The notes under the pieces are model-generated. The model did no database searches. It saw only the letters and a program-made list of their open reading frames with translations, and was not told where the DNA came from. A DNA stretch of 64,000 bases from Desulfobacterales bacterium (GTDB lineage Bacteria > Desulfobacterota > Desulfobacteria > Desulfobacterales > SURF-7). The position numbers and the translations under genes are program-made. Shown in pieces: positions 55,050-64,000 of this stretch. Positions within the stretch are counted from its first letter, which is position 1. Every line of letters begins with the position of its first letter. The stretch covers positions 38,615-102,614 of the forward strand of contig JANQFQ010000035.1 in the NCBI GenBank assembly GCA_028277765.1, read 5' to 3'.

Positions 55050-56690
55050 TCAAGGTACATATCCCTGGAATTTTGATTTGAAGATTTCTTCTTGTTCGTT
55101 AAGGATTTCATTTAATATTTTGATATCCGTCATTGGATTCATAATAACACATCTGAGTACAACGATTTCATTTTCAGGCCTGTTCCTTGGCATGAGGACC
55201 GTACGTGATACAAAACTGTTGCCCGCCTCTCTTTGTATCCTCTGAACGTTTATATTGATATCATTCAGCTTGTGGTTTATCCGTCTTTTTTTATCAGGAT
55301 TTCCTCGGTCAAGATCCAGGCGTATATTTTCAGGGCAGATACGATACGTCAGGATATTCAGTTCTGGTTCGGTTACGAGCTGAAAGACGGGCCTTGTTTT
55401 AATTTCATCCGCCATTTGGCGGGCAGTGTCAATGCCGTGTTCTATGAGCAGGGCATACCCCTTGCTCCCCATGATTTTAAGGGCGCTGTCAAGTATCAGG
55501 GAATTAGCTTCACGTGATCCTGATAATGATTTGATGCCGAGGTCCACTGAACCGAGACGGTTGACATAGTTAGCATGGTATTCAACTGCATCCAGGCTGG
55601 TAGGATCATTGAAATAAACCATACCGCATGTCATGGGCATGTAAAACTGCTTATGCCCGTCAATGGTTACTGAGTCAGCGGTTTCAATACCGTCAAGCAA
55701 GTGATTGAATTTTTCTGAAACAAGGACTGCGCCCCCAAAGGCCGCGTCAACATGAAAATGTAATTTTTTTTCAGCACAGATTTCTCCGATTTTTCTGAGA
55801 GGATCAATAGTTCCTGTTTCAGTGGCGCCGGCGATGCCGATAACGGCAAGTATCTTTGTTCGCCCGGCCTTCTGAAAGTAGTTTATTGTCTCAAGTAGTT
55901 TTTTCAGGTTTATCCTGTTGTCTCTATCCACATCAACAGGGACAATGTTTTGGTTTCCGATTCCTAAAATACCCCCTGCTTTTCTGAGGGAGTAGTGTCC
56001 CCGTCTTGATACGAGAACGACACTTCTGTCTACATTATAGGCTTGGTAAGCAGCCTGAATGCCTTCATTCTCAATTCCCGCAAAACCGTTTTTTGGAGCG
56101 AACGCCGTGTTTCTGGCGACCCAAAGCGCTGTCAGATTTGCTGCTGTACCACCTTCTGTAAAGCACCCCAGGGTAGTGTAAGTGTTCTGTACATGTTTAT
56201 AATAGAAGTCATCATCCTTTTTATATATGAGCCGATGTATCTTGGCGAGAACCTGTTTCTCCACCACAGAGAAAACTTTTGATGTTTCCAGCTTAACAAC
56301 GTTTTGATTCAGCGCAGCGATAATGGTTTTAAGGTGTACCATGAAAAAAGGGATTGCAGATGTCATATGACCGACAAAATAAGGTGACGCCACATTCACG
56401 GCATAAGGTGCCACATCTTCAACAATACCGGAGATCACATCAGCCAATTTCTTTTCAGGTGTTTCACTGATAAGGGTATTTGTAAAACCTGATGACAGTT
56501 TCATCAGGCTGATTTCCTCGGTTATACCGACATGTTTTTTGAGAAAACCCTGTAGACCGAAAAGTATCTGTTCCATGTATTTTACTAGGGTTGCTTTAGC
56601 AGCGTCATTTTCCGGTCTGATGAAGGTTCGCATTAACGCCTGCCAGTCAGCTACAAGTTTTTCCTGTTGTCTTTTTTCTTCTTTAGTCAT
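55050..56690 (-). CDS. Group II pyridoxal-phosphate-dependent decarboxylase
   Basis: 546 aa. HVDAAFGG and the DGHKQFYMP PLP-lysine motif are typical of the GAD/AADC/Ddc family. Confidence 0.8.
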   Translation of the reverse strand: MTKEEKRQQEKLVADWQALMRTFIRPENDAAKATLVKYMEQILFGLQGFLKKHVGITEEISLMKLSSGFTNTLISETPEKKLADVISGIVEDVAPYAVNVASPYFVGHMTSAIPFFMVHLKTIIAALNQNVVKLETSKVFSVVEKQVLAKIHRLIYKKDDDFYYKHVQNTYTTLGCFTEGGTAANLTALWVARNTAFAPKNGFAGIENEGIQAAYQAYNVDRSVVLVSRRGHYSLRKAGGILGIGNQNIVPVDVDRDNRINLKKLLETINYFQKAGRTKILAVIGIAGATETGTIDPLRKIGEICAEKKLHFHVDAAFGGAVLVSEKFNHLLDGIETADSVTIDGHKQFYMPMTCGMVYFNDPTSLDAVEYHANYVNRLGSVDLGIKSLSGSREANSLILDSALKIMGSKGYALLIEHGIDTARQMADEIKTRPVFQLVTEPELNILTYRICPENIRLDLDRGNPDKKRRINHKLNDININVQRIQREAGNSFVSRTVLMPRNRPENEIVVLRCVIMNPMTDIKILNEILNEQEEIFKSKFQGYVP

Positions 56691-56897
56691 AATTCGGTTC
56701 TAATAACATGGGCAGAACCTGATTCCAAGCGTTTCTTTCAATAATCCCTATTTATTCTCTTAGCATCGTATGTACACGGGATAGGGCCATCTTTTCTTGA
56801 CATAAAAAGTGTATTATTTTAAAAGGGTTAAGTTGCCAGTCCGTATTATATGGGATAGATTGGAAATCTTCATAAAATTGTATCAAGTTAGGTCTTT

Positions 56898-57476
56898 ATG
56901 AAAAGAAAATTATTAATTTTTATATTAATTGCTGCTATGTCTGCTGTTCTGGTATGGGGCCTGTTCAGGTCATTGTCAGAACGACCGACAGCCGGGAAGA
57001 GCAGACCAGTAGAAAATGAAACAACAACAGCAGAGGTAGCACGGCAGCACGCGGAGAGAGGTCCTGTTTTTTTATATTTTACGGGAAGTGACCGCTCTTA
57101 TCTGACCGGGGAGGAGAGAGTTATCGATATCTCCGATGATCCTGCAGTGTTTGCCCGTAATATTGTGAAAGCGCTGATAATGGGGCCCCGCGGGGAATTG
57201 ACAAGAACGGTTCCTGCAGGCACATCTATTAACGCGCTTTATGTAACGCAGGATGGTACGGCGTTTATCGATCTTTCAAGGGAAGTAACCGGAGAACATC
57301 CCGGTGGTATGCTTACTGAAATGATGACAGTGTATTCCATTGTGAATTCCATTGTTCTTAATGTTCCGCAAATAGATACGGTTAAATTCCTGATAAACGG
57401 TCGCGAAGCATCGACACTTGCCGGGCATATAAGCCTGCATTCTCCTTTTAAAGCGGATATGCTGATAATACGATGA
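56898..57476 (+). CDS. GerMN-domain protein with an N-terminal membrane anchor
   Basis: A signal/anchor helix is followed by a GerMN-like pattern (VFLYFTG..., [34 protein letters not shown]). Confidence 0.7.
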   Translation: MKRKLLIFILIAAMSAVLVWGLFRSLSERPTAGKSRPVENETTTAEVARQHAERGPVFLYFTGSDRSYLTGEERVIDISDDPAVFARNIVKALIMGPRGELTRTVPAGTSINALYVTQDGTAFIDLSREVTGEHPGGMLTEMMTVYSIVNSIVLNVPQIDTVKFLINGREASTLAGHISLHSPFKADMLIIR

Positions 57477-59506
57477 GTAAAAAGACTTCCATAGCTAGAA
57501 TACGCAATATCGGTATTATTGCCCATATTGACGCTGGCAAGACAACAGTCACCGAGAGAGTCCTTTACTATACTGGTCGATCACATAAAATAGGTGAGGT
57601 CCATGATGGTGAAGCTGTGATGGACTGGATGGTTGATGAACAGGAGCGTGGGATCACGATTACTTCAGCTGTAACAGCATGTCGGTGGAATAATCTTGAG
57701 ATACAGATTATTGATACCCCGGGTCATGTCGATTTTACGATTGAAGTTGAACGGTCACTGAGGGTGCTTGACGGTGTGGTGGGGGTTTTTTGCGCTGTTG
57801 GGGGTGTGGAGCCCCAGTCTGAAACAGTATGGCGTCAGGCAGATAAGTACCTGGTTCCTAAGCTCGCTTTTATCAATAAGATGGACAGGGTAGGGGCGAA
57901 TTTTTTGGGCACCATAGAAATGATGAAAAACAAGCTGAGTGCCAAGCCCCTGATTATTCAGCTCCCGGTTGGTGAGGAAGAAAATTTTGAAGGGGTTATC
58001 GACCTGATCACAATGAAACAGATTTACTGGGATGATGAAACACTTGGTGCTGAATTTACAGTAAGTGATATATCGAAAGACAACCTTGAAAAAGCTCGTG
58101 ATTATCGTGAAAAGCTGATTGAAACACTTTCTGACGCAGATGATGATATTATGGAGGCTTATCTGGCTGAAGAGGAGATTGATGACAAACAGATTGTTGA
58201 AGCGGTAAGAAAGGCGACCATCAGCCTGAAGCTTGTCCCGATACTGTGCGGAAGCGCGTTGAAAAATAAAGGGATACAGCCGCTGCTTGATGCTGTCACA
58301 AGTTTCCTGCCCAGTCCTGCGGACGTTCCGCCAATGACCGGTATTCATCCTGAAACAGAAGAAAAGATTGAATGTGAGTCAAAGGACAGTGCTCCGCTTG
58401 CTGCGCTAATTTTTAAAGTGTCCATGATAGAAGGGCGGAAGCTTTCTTTTGTAAGGGTATACAGCGGGAAACTGAAAGCCGGTTCAAGTGTGTTTAATCC
58501 TTTACGTGAAACCAGTGAAAAGCTTGCCCGCATCCTGAGGATGCATGCCAATAAAAGAGAACGGATAAAAGAAGCAGGCGCAGGGAGTATTGTCGGAGTC
58601 GTTGGCCTGAAAAAATCTTCAACCGGTGAGACACTCTGTGAAAGTGACAACCCGGTACTCCTTGAAGAGATGGATTTTTACGAGCCGGTCATATCTGTTG
58701 CCGTGGAACCCAAGTCCCATTCCGATCAGGAAAAACTGGACGTAGTGCTTGAAAAATACGTGGCCGAGGATCCGACGTTGAGAGTTAAACAGGATGAAGA
58801 CACAGGGCAGACTATTTTGTCCGGCATGGGTGAGCTTCATCTTGAAGTGATTATCAGCCGTATGCTTCGCGAGTTCAAGACAAGTGTTAACGTGGGGAAA
58901 CCACAGGTTGTGTACCGGGAAGCGATTGAGAAAGAGGCTGCTGCTACAGCTGTGTTTGATAGAGAAGTGGCGGGCCAGCAGCATTTTGGAGGTGTAAGTA
59001 TAAAACTGGCACCCTTGGAAAGAGGAACAGGAAACCGCTTTATTAATAAGGCGCCTGAAGAAAGCATACCGGAACAATTCATCCCTGCCATTGAGAAAGG
59101 TATAATGGAATCGTTTGAAAGTGGATCATTGATGGGATATCCGGTTGCTGATGTTGAAGCTGTGTTGACCGGGGTGTCGTTCAAGGAGTCCCTAGGTACG
59201 GAACTGGCTTTCAGCGTGAGCGCGTCAATGGCATGCAAAGAAGCCCTCTCAAAAGGGTCCCCATATCTGCTTGAACCGATAATGGCTGCAGAAGTGTTTG
59301 TGCCTGAATTGTTTATGGGTGATGTGATAGGAGACCTGAACGCGCGGGGCGGGAAAATAGAATCTCTTGTGGCCAAGACCGGCGTGCAGGTAATAAAAGC
59401 GGTTGTCCCTCTTTCAAAGATGTTTGGGTATTCCACTTCACTAAGGTCAGCAAGTCAGGGCAGGGGAACGTTTTCCATGCAGTTTTCGCATTTTGACAGA
59501 AGTTGA
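57473..59506 (+). CDS. fusA: Elongation factor G paralog (outside the str operon)
   Basis: [24 protein letters not shown] and NKMD G-domain motifs in a 677-aa ORF. No rpsL/rpsG/tuf neighbours are present. Its ATG overlaps the GerMN stop (ATGA). Confidence 0.85.
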   Translation: MSKKTSIARIRNIGIIAHIDAGKTTVTERVLYYTGRSHKIGEVHDGEAVMDWMVDEQERGITITSAVTACRWNNLEIQIIDTPGHVDFTIEVERSLRVLDGVVGVFCAVGGVEPQSETVWRQADKYLVPKLAFINKMDRVGANFLGTIEMMKNKLSAKPLIIQLPVGEEENFEGVIDLITMKQIYWDDETLGAEFTVSDISKDNLEKARDYREKLIETLSDADDDIMEAYLAEEEIDDKQIVEAVRKATISLKLVPILCGSALKNKGIQPLLDAVTSFLPSPADVPPMTGIHPETEEKIECESKDSAPLAALIFKVSMIEGRKLSFVRVYSGKLKAGSSVFNPLRETSEKLARILRMHANKRERIKEAGAGSIVGVVGLKKSSTGETLCESDNPVLLEEMDFYEPVISVAVEPKSHSDQEKLDVVLEKYVAEDPTLRVKQDEDTGQTILSGMGELHLEVIISRMLREFKTSVNVGKPQVVYREAIEKEAAATAVFDREVAGQQHFGGVSIKLAPLERGTGNRFINKAPEESIPEQFIPAIEKGIMESFESGSLMGYPVADVEAVLTGVSFKESLGTELAFSVSASMACKEALSKGSPYLLEPIMAAEVFVPELFMGDVIGDLNARGGKIESLVAKTGVQVIKAVVPLSKMFGYSTSLRSASQGRGTFSMQFSHFDRS

Positions 59507-59537
59507 TGGAAGTTGTTATAATCAAAAAGCTTTCCAA

Positions 59538-60404
59538 ATGCCTAAAGCAATACCTGATAATATGAAAGCGCTTGTGCCGGGGCCCATCAAAGATATTATT
59601 AAGGGCTGTTTTTTCCGCTACAGACTGTTGACCGTTTCAAAGCGGATGCTGCCTGGATTTATTATTATCGGCGGTCAGAGATGCGGGAGTACATCCTTAT
59701 ACCGTCTTCTTGTACAGCATCCGCGTGTTCGCTCTGCCTTTAAAAAAGAAGTTCACTTTTTCAGTTTTTACGTTAATAAAGGATTAAACTGGTATAAGGC
59801 ACATTTCCCTTTACAAGGCACTATCAGTGAAGAAGGGGAAAGGATTATTACCGGGGAAGCCACACCGTATTACATGTTTCATCCTGCAGTTGCAAGACGG
59901 GTTTATGAAACAATTCCGGACATAAAGCTCCTTGTCATACTCAGAAACCCGGTTGACCGGGCGTATTCCCATTATCAGCATGAAGTCCGAAAGGGCAGGG
60001 AAGAAGAGAGCTTTGAGGAGGCCATCAGGCTTGAAAGCAAAAGGCTTGAAGGTGAGAAAGAGAAACTCCTTAACGTAAGCGGCTATTACAGTTTTAACCA
60101 CCACCGGCATTCATATCTGTCCAGGGGGTTGTATTCAGAACAGCTGAAGGAATGGCTTGCCTATTTCTCTCTGGATCAGATGTTTATTATCGACAGCCGG
60201 GAACTGTTTGACAGTACCGCGGAAACCATGAACCAAGTGTTTAGATTTCTGGGATTGCCTGAACAGGATATTACTGATAGGCGGGCGTATAATGCCGCTA
60301 AATATTCACCGATGAAGCCTTCTCTTGAAAAGGAACTGGCTGATTTTTTTAAGCCAGCTAATGAAGCGCTGTTTGACCTGCTGGGCCGGCGGTTTGAATG
60401 GTGA
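59538..60404 (+). CDS. Sulfotransferase-family protein
   Basis: A PAPS-binding-like GGQRCGSTSL (5'-PSB) and RNPVDRAYSHY (3'-PB) are present. The start was moved to the ATG at 59538. Confidence 0.75.
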   Translation: MPKAIPDNMKALVPGPIKDIIKGCFFRYRLLTVSKRMLPGFIIIGGQRCGSTSLYRLLVQHPRVRSAFKKEVHFFSFYVNKGLNWYKAHFPLQGTISEEGERIITGEATPYYMFHPAVARRVYETIPDIKLLVILRNPVDRAYSHYQHEVRKGREEESFEEAIRLESKRLEGEKEKLLNVSGYYSFNHHRHSYLSRGLYSEQLKEWLAYFSLDQMFIIDSRELFDSTAETMNQVFRFLGLPEQDITDRRAYNAAKYSPMKPSLEKELADFFKPANEALFDLLGRRFEW

Positions 60405-60465
60405 TTCTGTAACATTATACAGTTGGAACCTGACAATAAGCAATAACAGACAAGGAGAACCTTTT

Positions 60466-61806
60466 ATGTTGAATTTAATAAGATTAGTATCGGTATTTTT
60501 TCTTTTTATTTTCGTGCTCCTTTGTCCTGATGTGCAGGAAAGAGTGCTTGGACAAACAGGAGACAGCAGTGTGATTATGGAAAAAGGGAATGAAACCGAA
60601 TCTAACAACACATCTTCCTTTGGAGCTGATAAAATTGACAGGGCAGGGGACACCCTCACAAAAGGGATTAACAGCATAGAGAAAAAGAGGATCGGCAAGT
60701 GGTTTAACCGGAATGTGTTCGCGGGTATCACTTGGCTGAAATTATGCGTGTGCTTGGGTTTGCTGGTTATTGTCCTGGCAATCGGACAGGCCCTAAAAAA
60801 GCTTTTCAACGTAAAACCCAAAGCCACCGGGGAAGATACTTATGCAGGGGCAGGGAGACGTTTGTTCTTCCGGGCTGCATCCGGACCGGTCTCCCTTTTT
60901 ATCTGGGGATACGGAGTGTACCTTTCGCTCTATCCGCTGTACATCCATTTCCAGGCAGAGGACGGTAGCAACCTCATTCATAGCGCAGCCCAGAAAACAG
61001 CCGGTATAATTGGCATAACCGCTATTGTCTGGTTCCTTTTCAGACTGATTGATGTGGCTGGCACACAGATAAAAAAATGGACGGCTGCTTCAGACACAGG
61101 GTTTTATGACATGAAAGCCCCGATTATCAGAAAGGGGCTCAGGATTTTTATATTAGCCATCGGCATCATTATTATCATCCAGAATTTGACGGATATTAAA
61201 ATCGGGCCCCTGCTCGCGTCGTTAGGAATCGGTGGTCTGGCGATTGCCCTGGCTGCTAAGGAATCTATCGCCAATTTTTTCGGGACTCTTACTATCATGT
61301 TTGACAGGCCGTTTAAGGTGGGTGAGCGGATCATCATCGATAGCCATGATGGTGTAGTGGAATCAGTCGGTTTCAGGAGTACCCGTATCCGCACACTGAC
61401 AGGGCACCTTTTAACCATACCGAATGAAAAAGTGATCAGCTCTCCCTTGGAAAACATCGGTAGACGGCCCCATATACGGTGGACAACAAACATTGGGATA
61501 ACATACGATACACCACCAGACCAGGTTGAAAAGGCTGTTCAGATTGTCCGTGATATTTTAAAGGATCACGAAGGGATGGATGAAGAATTTCCGCCCCAGG
61601 TCTATTTTAACAGGTTTAATGACTGGAATTTAAACATCGCTGTATTTGCGTGGTATCATCCGCCGGTTTATTGGGATTATCAGGCATGGGTCCAGAAAAC
61701 ATGCCTGGAGATCATGCGCCGGTTTAACGCGGAAGGGATTGAGTTTGCATTTCCATCGCAGACAGTTTATCTCTCAGAAAGCGAAGAGACGGATGCTAGA
61801 TGCTAG
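60466..61806 (+). CDS. MscS-family mechanosensitive channel
   Basis: TM helices are followed by the MscS beta-domain PFKVGERIIIDSHDGVVESVGFRSTRIRT. The start was moved to the ATG at 60466, behind AAGGAG. Confidence 0.8.
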   Translation: MLNLIRLVSVFFLFIFVLLCPDVQERVLGQTGDSSVIMEKGNETESNNTSSFGADKIDRAGDTLTKGINSIEKKRIGKWFNRNVFAGITWLKLCVCLGLLVIVLAIGQALKKLFNVKPKATGEDTYAGAGRRLFFRAASGPVSLFIWGYGVYLSLYPLYIHFQAEDGSNLIHSAAQKTAGIIGITAIVWFLFRLIDVAGTQIKKWTAASDTGFYDMKAPIIRKGLRIFILAIGIIIIIQNLTDIKIGPLLASLGIGGLAIALAAKESIANFFGTLTIMFDRPFKVGERIIIDSHDGVVESVGFRSTRIRTLTGHLLTIPNEKVISSPLENIGRRPHIRWTTNIGITYDTPPDQVEKAVQIVRDILKDHEGMDEEFPPQVYFNRFNDWNLNIAVFAWYHPPVYWDYQAWVQKTCLEIMRRFNAEGIEFAFPSQTVYLSESEETDARC

Positions 61807-61940
61807 ATACTGGATGCTAGATTGCTGGTCGGAGAGAAACGTAGATCCCGCTGGTTAATGAAGGACTGTGGACTGAGTGAAAGGAGGGATATGAGATTTA
61901 GGGCTCAGTATCTAGCATCTAGCAACCAGGATCTAGATTG
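61791..61940. repeat. Family-4 (GATGCTAGAT-word) palindromic element
   Basis: GGATGCTAGATGCTAGATACTGGATGCTAGATTGCTGG ... CTCAGTATCTAGCATCTAGCAACCAGGATCTAGATTG. The left arm contains the last 4 codons and the TAG stop of the MscS gene. Confidence 0.55.
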
Positions 61941-61988
61941 CCTATTGCTTTTTTTCCCAATATACGTCAGCATACATTAAAAAAACGG

Positions 61989-62675
61989 ATGATGACTATG
62001 GGAAGACCGGATAATTTAGCGTGTGATGAAAAACTGTTTGGGCATATCAGTTCGAACCTGAAACGGTTTAACGTGCGCGGTCATGATAAAAAAGCGGGTA
62101 AGCAGGCGGCTGTTGCCATAACCGTGGCAGATACAGCCTATGGGACAGGGGTTTACGGTTTATCCCGCCATGACCACTGGAGCGATGATGCGGCCCTTAT
62201 TCTTACGACAAGGGGCTCAAGGCTTAACAAACACGCGGGCCAGTGGGCGTTTCCCGGTGGGAGAATTGACAAGGGGGAAACCCCTGAAGAGGCAGCCTTA
62301 AGAGAACTTGAAGAAGAGGTGGGACTCAGTCTGGGGCATGACAGGATCATCAGCCGACTGGATGATTACACCACCCGTTCAGGGTTTACCATTACTCCGG
62401 TGGTTGTCTGGTGCGGCCCAGTTAAAGACCTGACACCGAATCCAGATGAAGTGGCAGCGATTCACCGGATCCCGTTTGACGAAATTCTCCGCCCGGACGC
62501 CCCCATCCTCGAAGATATCCCTGAAAGCCAGCACCCGGTCCTCCTCATGCCGATCGGATACAGCTGGATCGCATCACCCACCGGTGCTATGATCTACCAG
62601 TTCCGTGAAGTAGCTATTCTTGGGAAGGATACAAGAGTTGCGCATTTTGAGCAGCCGTATTTTGCGTGGAGTTGA
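61989..62675 (+). CDS. NUDIX hydrolase, CoA-pyrophosphatase-like
   Basis: The Nudix box is GGRIDKGETPEEAALRELEEEVGL, preceded by LILTTRGSRLNKHAGQWAFPGG, typical of the CoA pyrophosphatase subgroup. The ATG at 61989 is preferred over the TTG at 61938. Confidence 0.75.
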   Translation: MMTMGRPDNLACDEKLFGHISSNLKRFNVRGHDKKAGKQAAVAITVADTAYGTGVYGLSRHDHWSDDAALILTTRGSRLNKHAGQWAFPGGRIDKGETPEEAALRELEEEVGLSLGHDRIISRLDDYTTRSGFTITPVVVWCGPVKDLTPNPDEVAAIHRIPFDEILRPDAPILEDIPESQHPVLLMPIGYSWIASPTGAMIYQFREVAILGKDTRVAHFEQPYFAWS

Positions 62676-62770
62676 ATATCTAATTATGCCACTTCGTGTA
62701 GCAATGCGTGTAGATTGTAATGTCATTTATAGAAACATTCAATAAGCTTCCTTTGCAATAGATAAAAAAT

Positions 62771-62844
62771 GTAGGGTGGGCTGTGCCCACCAGCAATTGG
62801 TTAATAAGGCATTCTGACAATTTGGTGGGCACAGCCCACCCTAC
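62771..62844. repeat. GTAGGG-family perfect inverted pair
   Basis: GTAGGGTGGGCTGTGCCCACC (62771-62791) and GGTGGGCACAGCCCACCCTAC (62824-62844) are exact reverse complements separated by 32 nt. Confidence 0.8.
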
Positions 62845-62932
62845 GACAACTGTGAGAGGTTCTTTTATCCATGTAAAACCGAGAAATCAGTGACGTCAGT
62901 TTAAGCAGCGTGGGTAAAGTCACCCTATTACT

Positions 62933-63613
62933 TTATATCTTCTCTTCCAACGCTAAATGACTATTTGCTTCAGTAGAGTTAAGCGTTAAATACAATTTAA
63001 CAAAACGTCCGCCAAAATTTCCTAAAAATATTTTGTCGTCAGATGGTTGTATATAAAAGTTGTTTTCGAGTTCATCCAAACCATCCAAATCATTTTCCAT
63101 TAATAAGAGTGATGCGTTTTCAATATATACAAAAAAGTCATTAAATGTTTTATTTATCTTGAAACTGTATTTTCCCAGGACAAAAGGAGAGACCGCATCA
63201 CGAATTTTGCCGGACATACTTAAGCTTCTTGCAATAAAGAAATGATTTATGGTGTCATGTTTTTTTATGTATTCGTAAGAATGGATGGCTTCACATTTAG
63301 AAAGCCGAATTAGATTTTCTCTCCATTTGTTTTTCCAATGCTTATAAAGGAGATACACATTTTGATTGTCACTTTTTATTATGGATCCATGTTTTATGAT
63401 AATCGGTTTTAGAACATTTAAAGAAACAAAGCTGTCATTTCTTGATATACAATTGAGATTATGAGAACAAGATAGTTTTGTAATTTTATATAATGGGTCT
63501 TCATATTTTATATTATTAATTTTAAGATAGTCTATGTGCAGCAGATATAATTTTGAAATCGTTTTAAATCTATTGTAAAAAGTAAGTTCATCTTTAAAAT
63601 CAGGGTCATACAT
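62933..63613 (-). CDS. Hypothetical protein (low-GC orphan)
   Basis: The 226-aa ORF is Asn/Lys/Ile-rich, with no recognisable motif and no clear RBS. Confidence 0.4.
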   Translation of the reverse strand: MYDPDFKDELTFYNRFKTISKLYLLHIDYLKINNIKYEDPLYKITKLSCSHNLNCISRNDSFVSLNVLKPIIIKHGSIIKSDNQNVYLLYKHWKNKWRENLIRLSKCEAIHSYEYIKKHDTINHFFIARSLSMSGKIRDAVSPFVLGKYSFKINKTFNDFFVYIENASLLLMENDLDGLDELENNFYIQPSDDKIFLGNFGGRFVKLYLTLNSTEANSHLALEEKI

Positions 63614-63747
63614 TTTTTCTGGAAAGCCAATGGAATCATATTCACATACTTTATCTACAAGGTTTCTTATGTTTTCGGCTTTTATCCAGGCTTTATTAAC
63701 GTTTTCCCAAGAAGGTTCCTTATTACAACGTCCCGGGTAATTCTCTA

Positions 63748-63990
63748 TCAGGTTTGATATTTTTTAAAATCTTTGGTGATTTCACTTCTATTGTCGATAA
63801 ATAAACTTTCCCACAATTCACTTGTCTCTTTCCAGTTTTCAGGCAAAGGTGATATCTCTTCAAAATTGGTTGTAAAATTAATACCGGGATCATCCAAGTG
63901 TTTCAGAAATGCTCTTAATGAAAAATGTGTAAGAAATATAAGTATGGTGAATATAAGAATGGTGATGAAGGTGATTTTAATTGCTTTCAT
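63748..63990 (-). CDS. Small membrane-anchored hypothetical protein (low-GC orphan)
   Basis: 80 aa with an N-terminal hydrophobic helix ITFITILIFTILIFLTHF and no recognisable motif. Confidence 0.3.
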   Translation of the reverse strand: MKAIKITFITILIFTILIFLTHFSLRAFLKHLDDPGINFTTNFEEISPLPENWKETSELWESLFIDNRSEITKDFKKYQT

Positions 63991-64000
63991 GAATTATTCT

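Overview
This 64-kb chromosomal window holds about 55 protein-coding genes. I saw no rRNA, tRNA, CRISPR array, transposase or integrase. Gene content suggests an anaerobic, Desulfobacterales-type deltaproteobacterium; this is inference only. The supporting genes are three tungsten-type aldehyde:ferredoxin oxidoreductases (AOR), CCG-domain Fe-S proteins, and CooC-like and RACo-like maturation genes.

(1) 1-28.6 kb is a catabolic redox island. It contains a GlcDEF-like FAD/Fe-S dehydrogenase plus an AOR, and a thioesterase-AOR-amidohydrolase group. It also holds a UbiD-family decarboxylase with a PNPOx-like protein and UbiX. A third AOR is followed by a tandemly duplicated MoaD-like/Fe-S pair. 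Divergent from that AOR are two phytoene-dehydrogenase-like flavoproteins plus a Zn alcohol dehydrogenase.

(2) 29-39.2 kb is a same-strand block with no recognisable enzymes. It encodes a DUF3592-like membrane protein, a vWA lipoprotein, a SWIM zinc-finger protein translationally coupled to a 1043-aa helical protein, a Sel1-repeat protein and a TPR protein. This is my best candidate for an undescribed system.

(3) 39.3-62.7 kb is mostly housekeeping: dus, prmA, ampG, GTP-PEPCK, rdgB, a K+ channel, an EF-G paralog, MscS and NUDIX.

Two low-GC patches (about 13.5-16.9 kb and 62.9-64 kb) carry a radical-SAM/GT2/lipoprotein operon and orphan ORFs. Intergenic DNA is filled with at least six families of short-word palindromic repeats arranged as BIME-like mosaics.

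All functional calls come from motif recognition by eye on the supplied translations. No database search was possible, and several starts were re-picked from RBS context.
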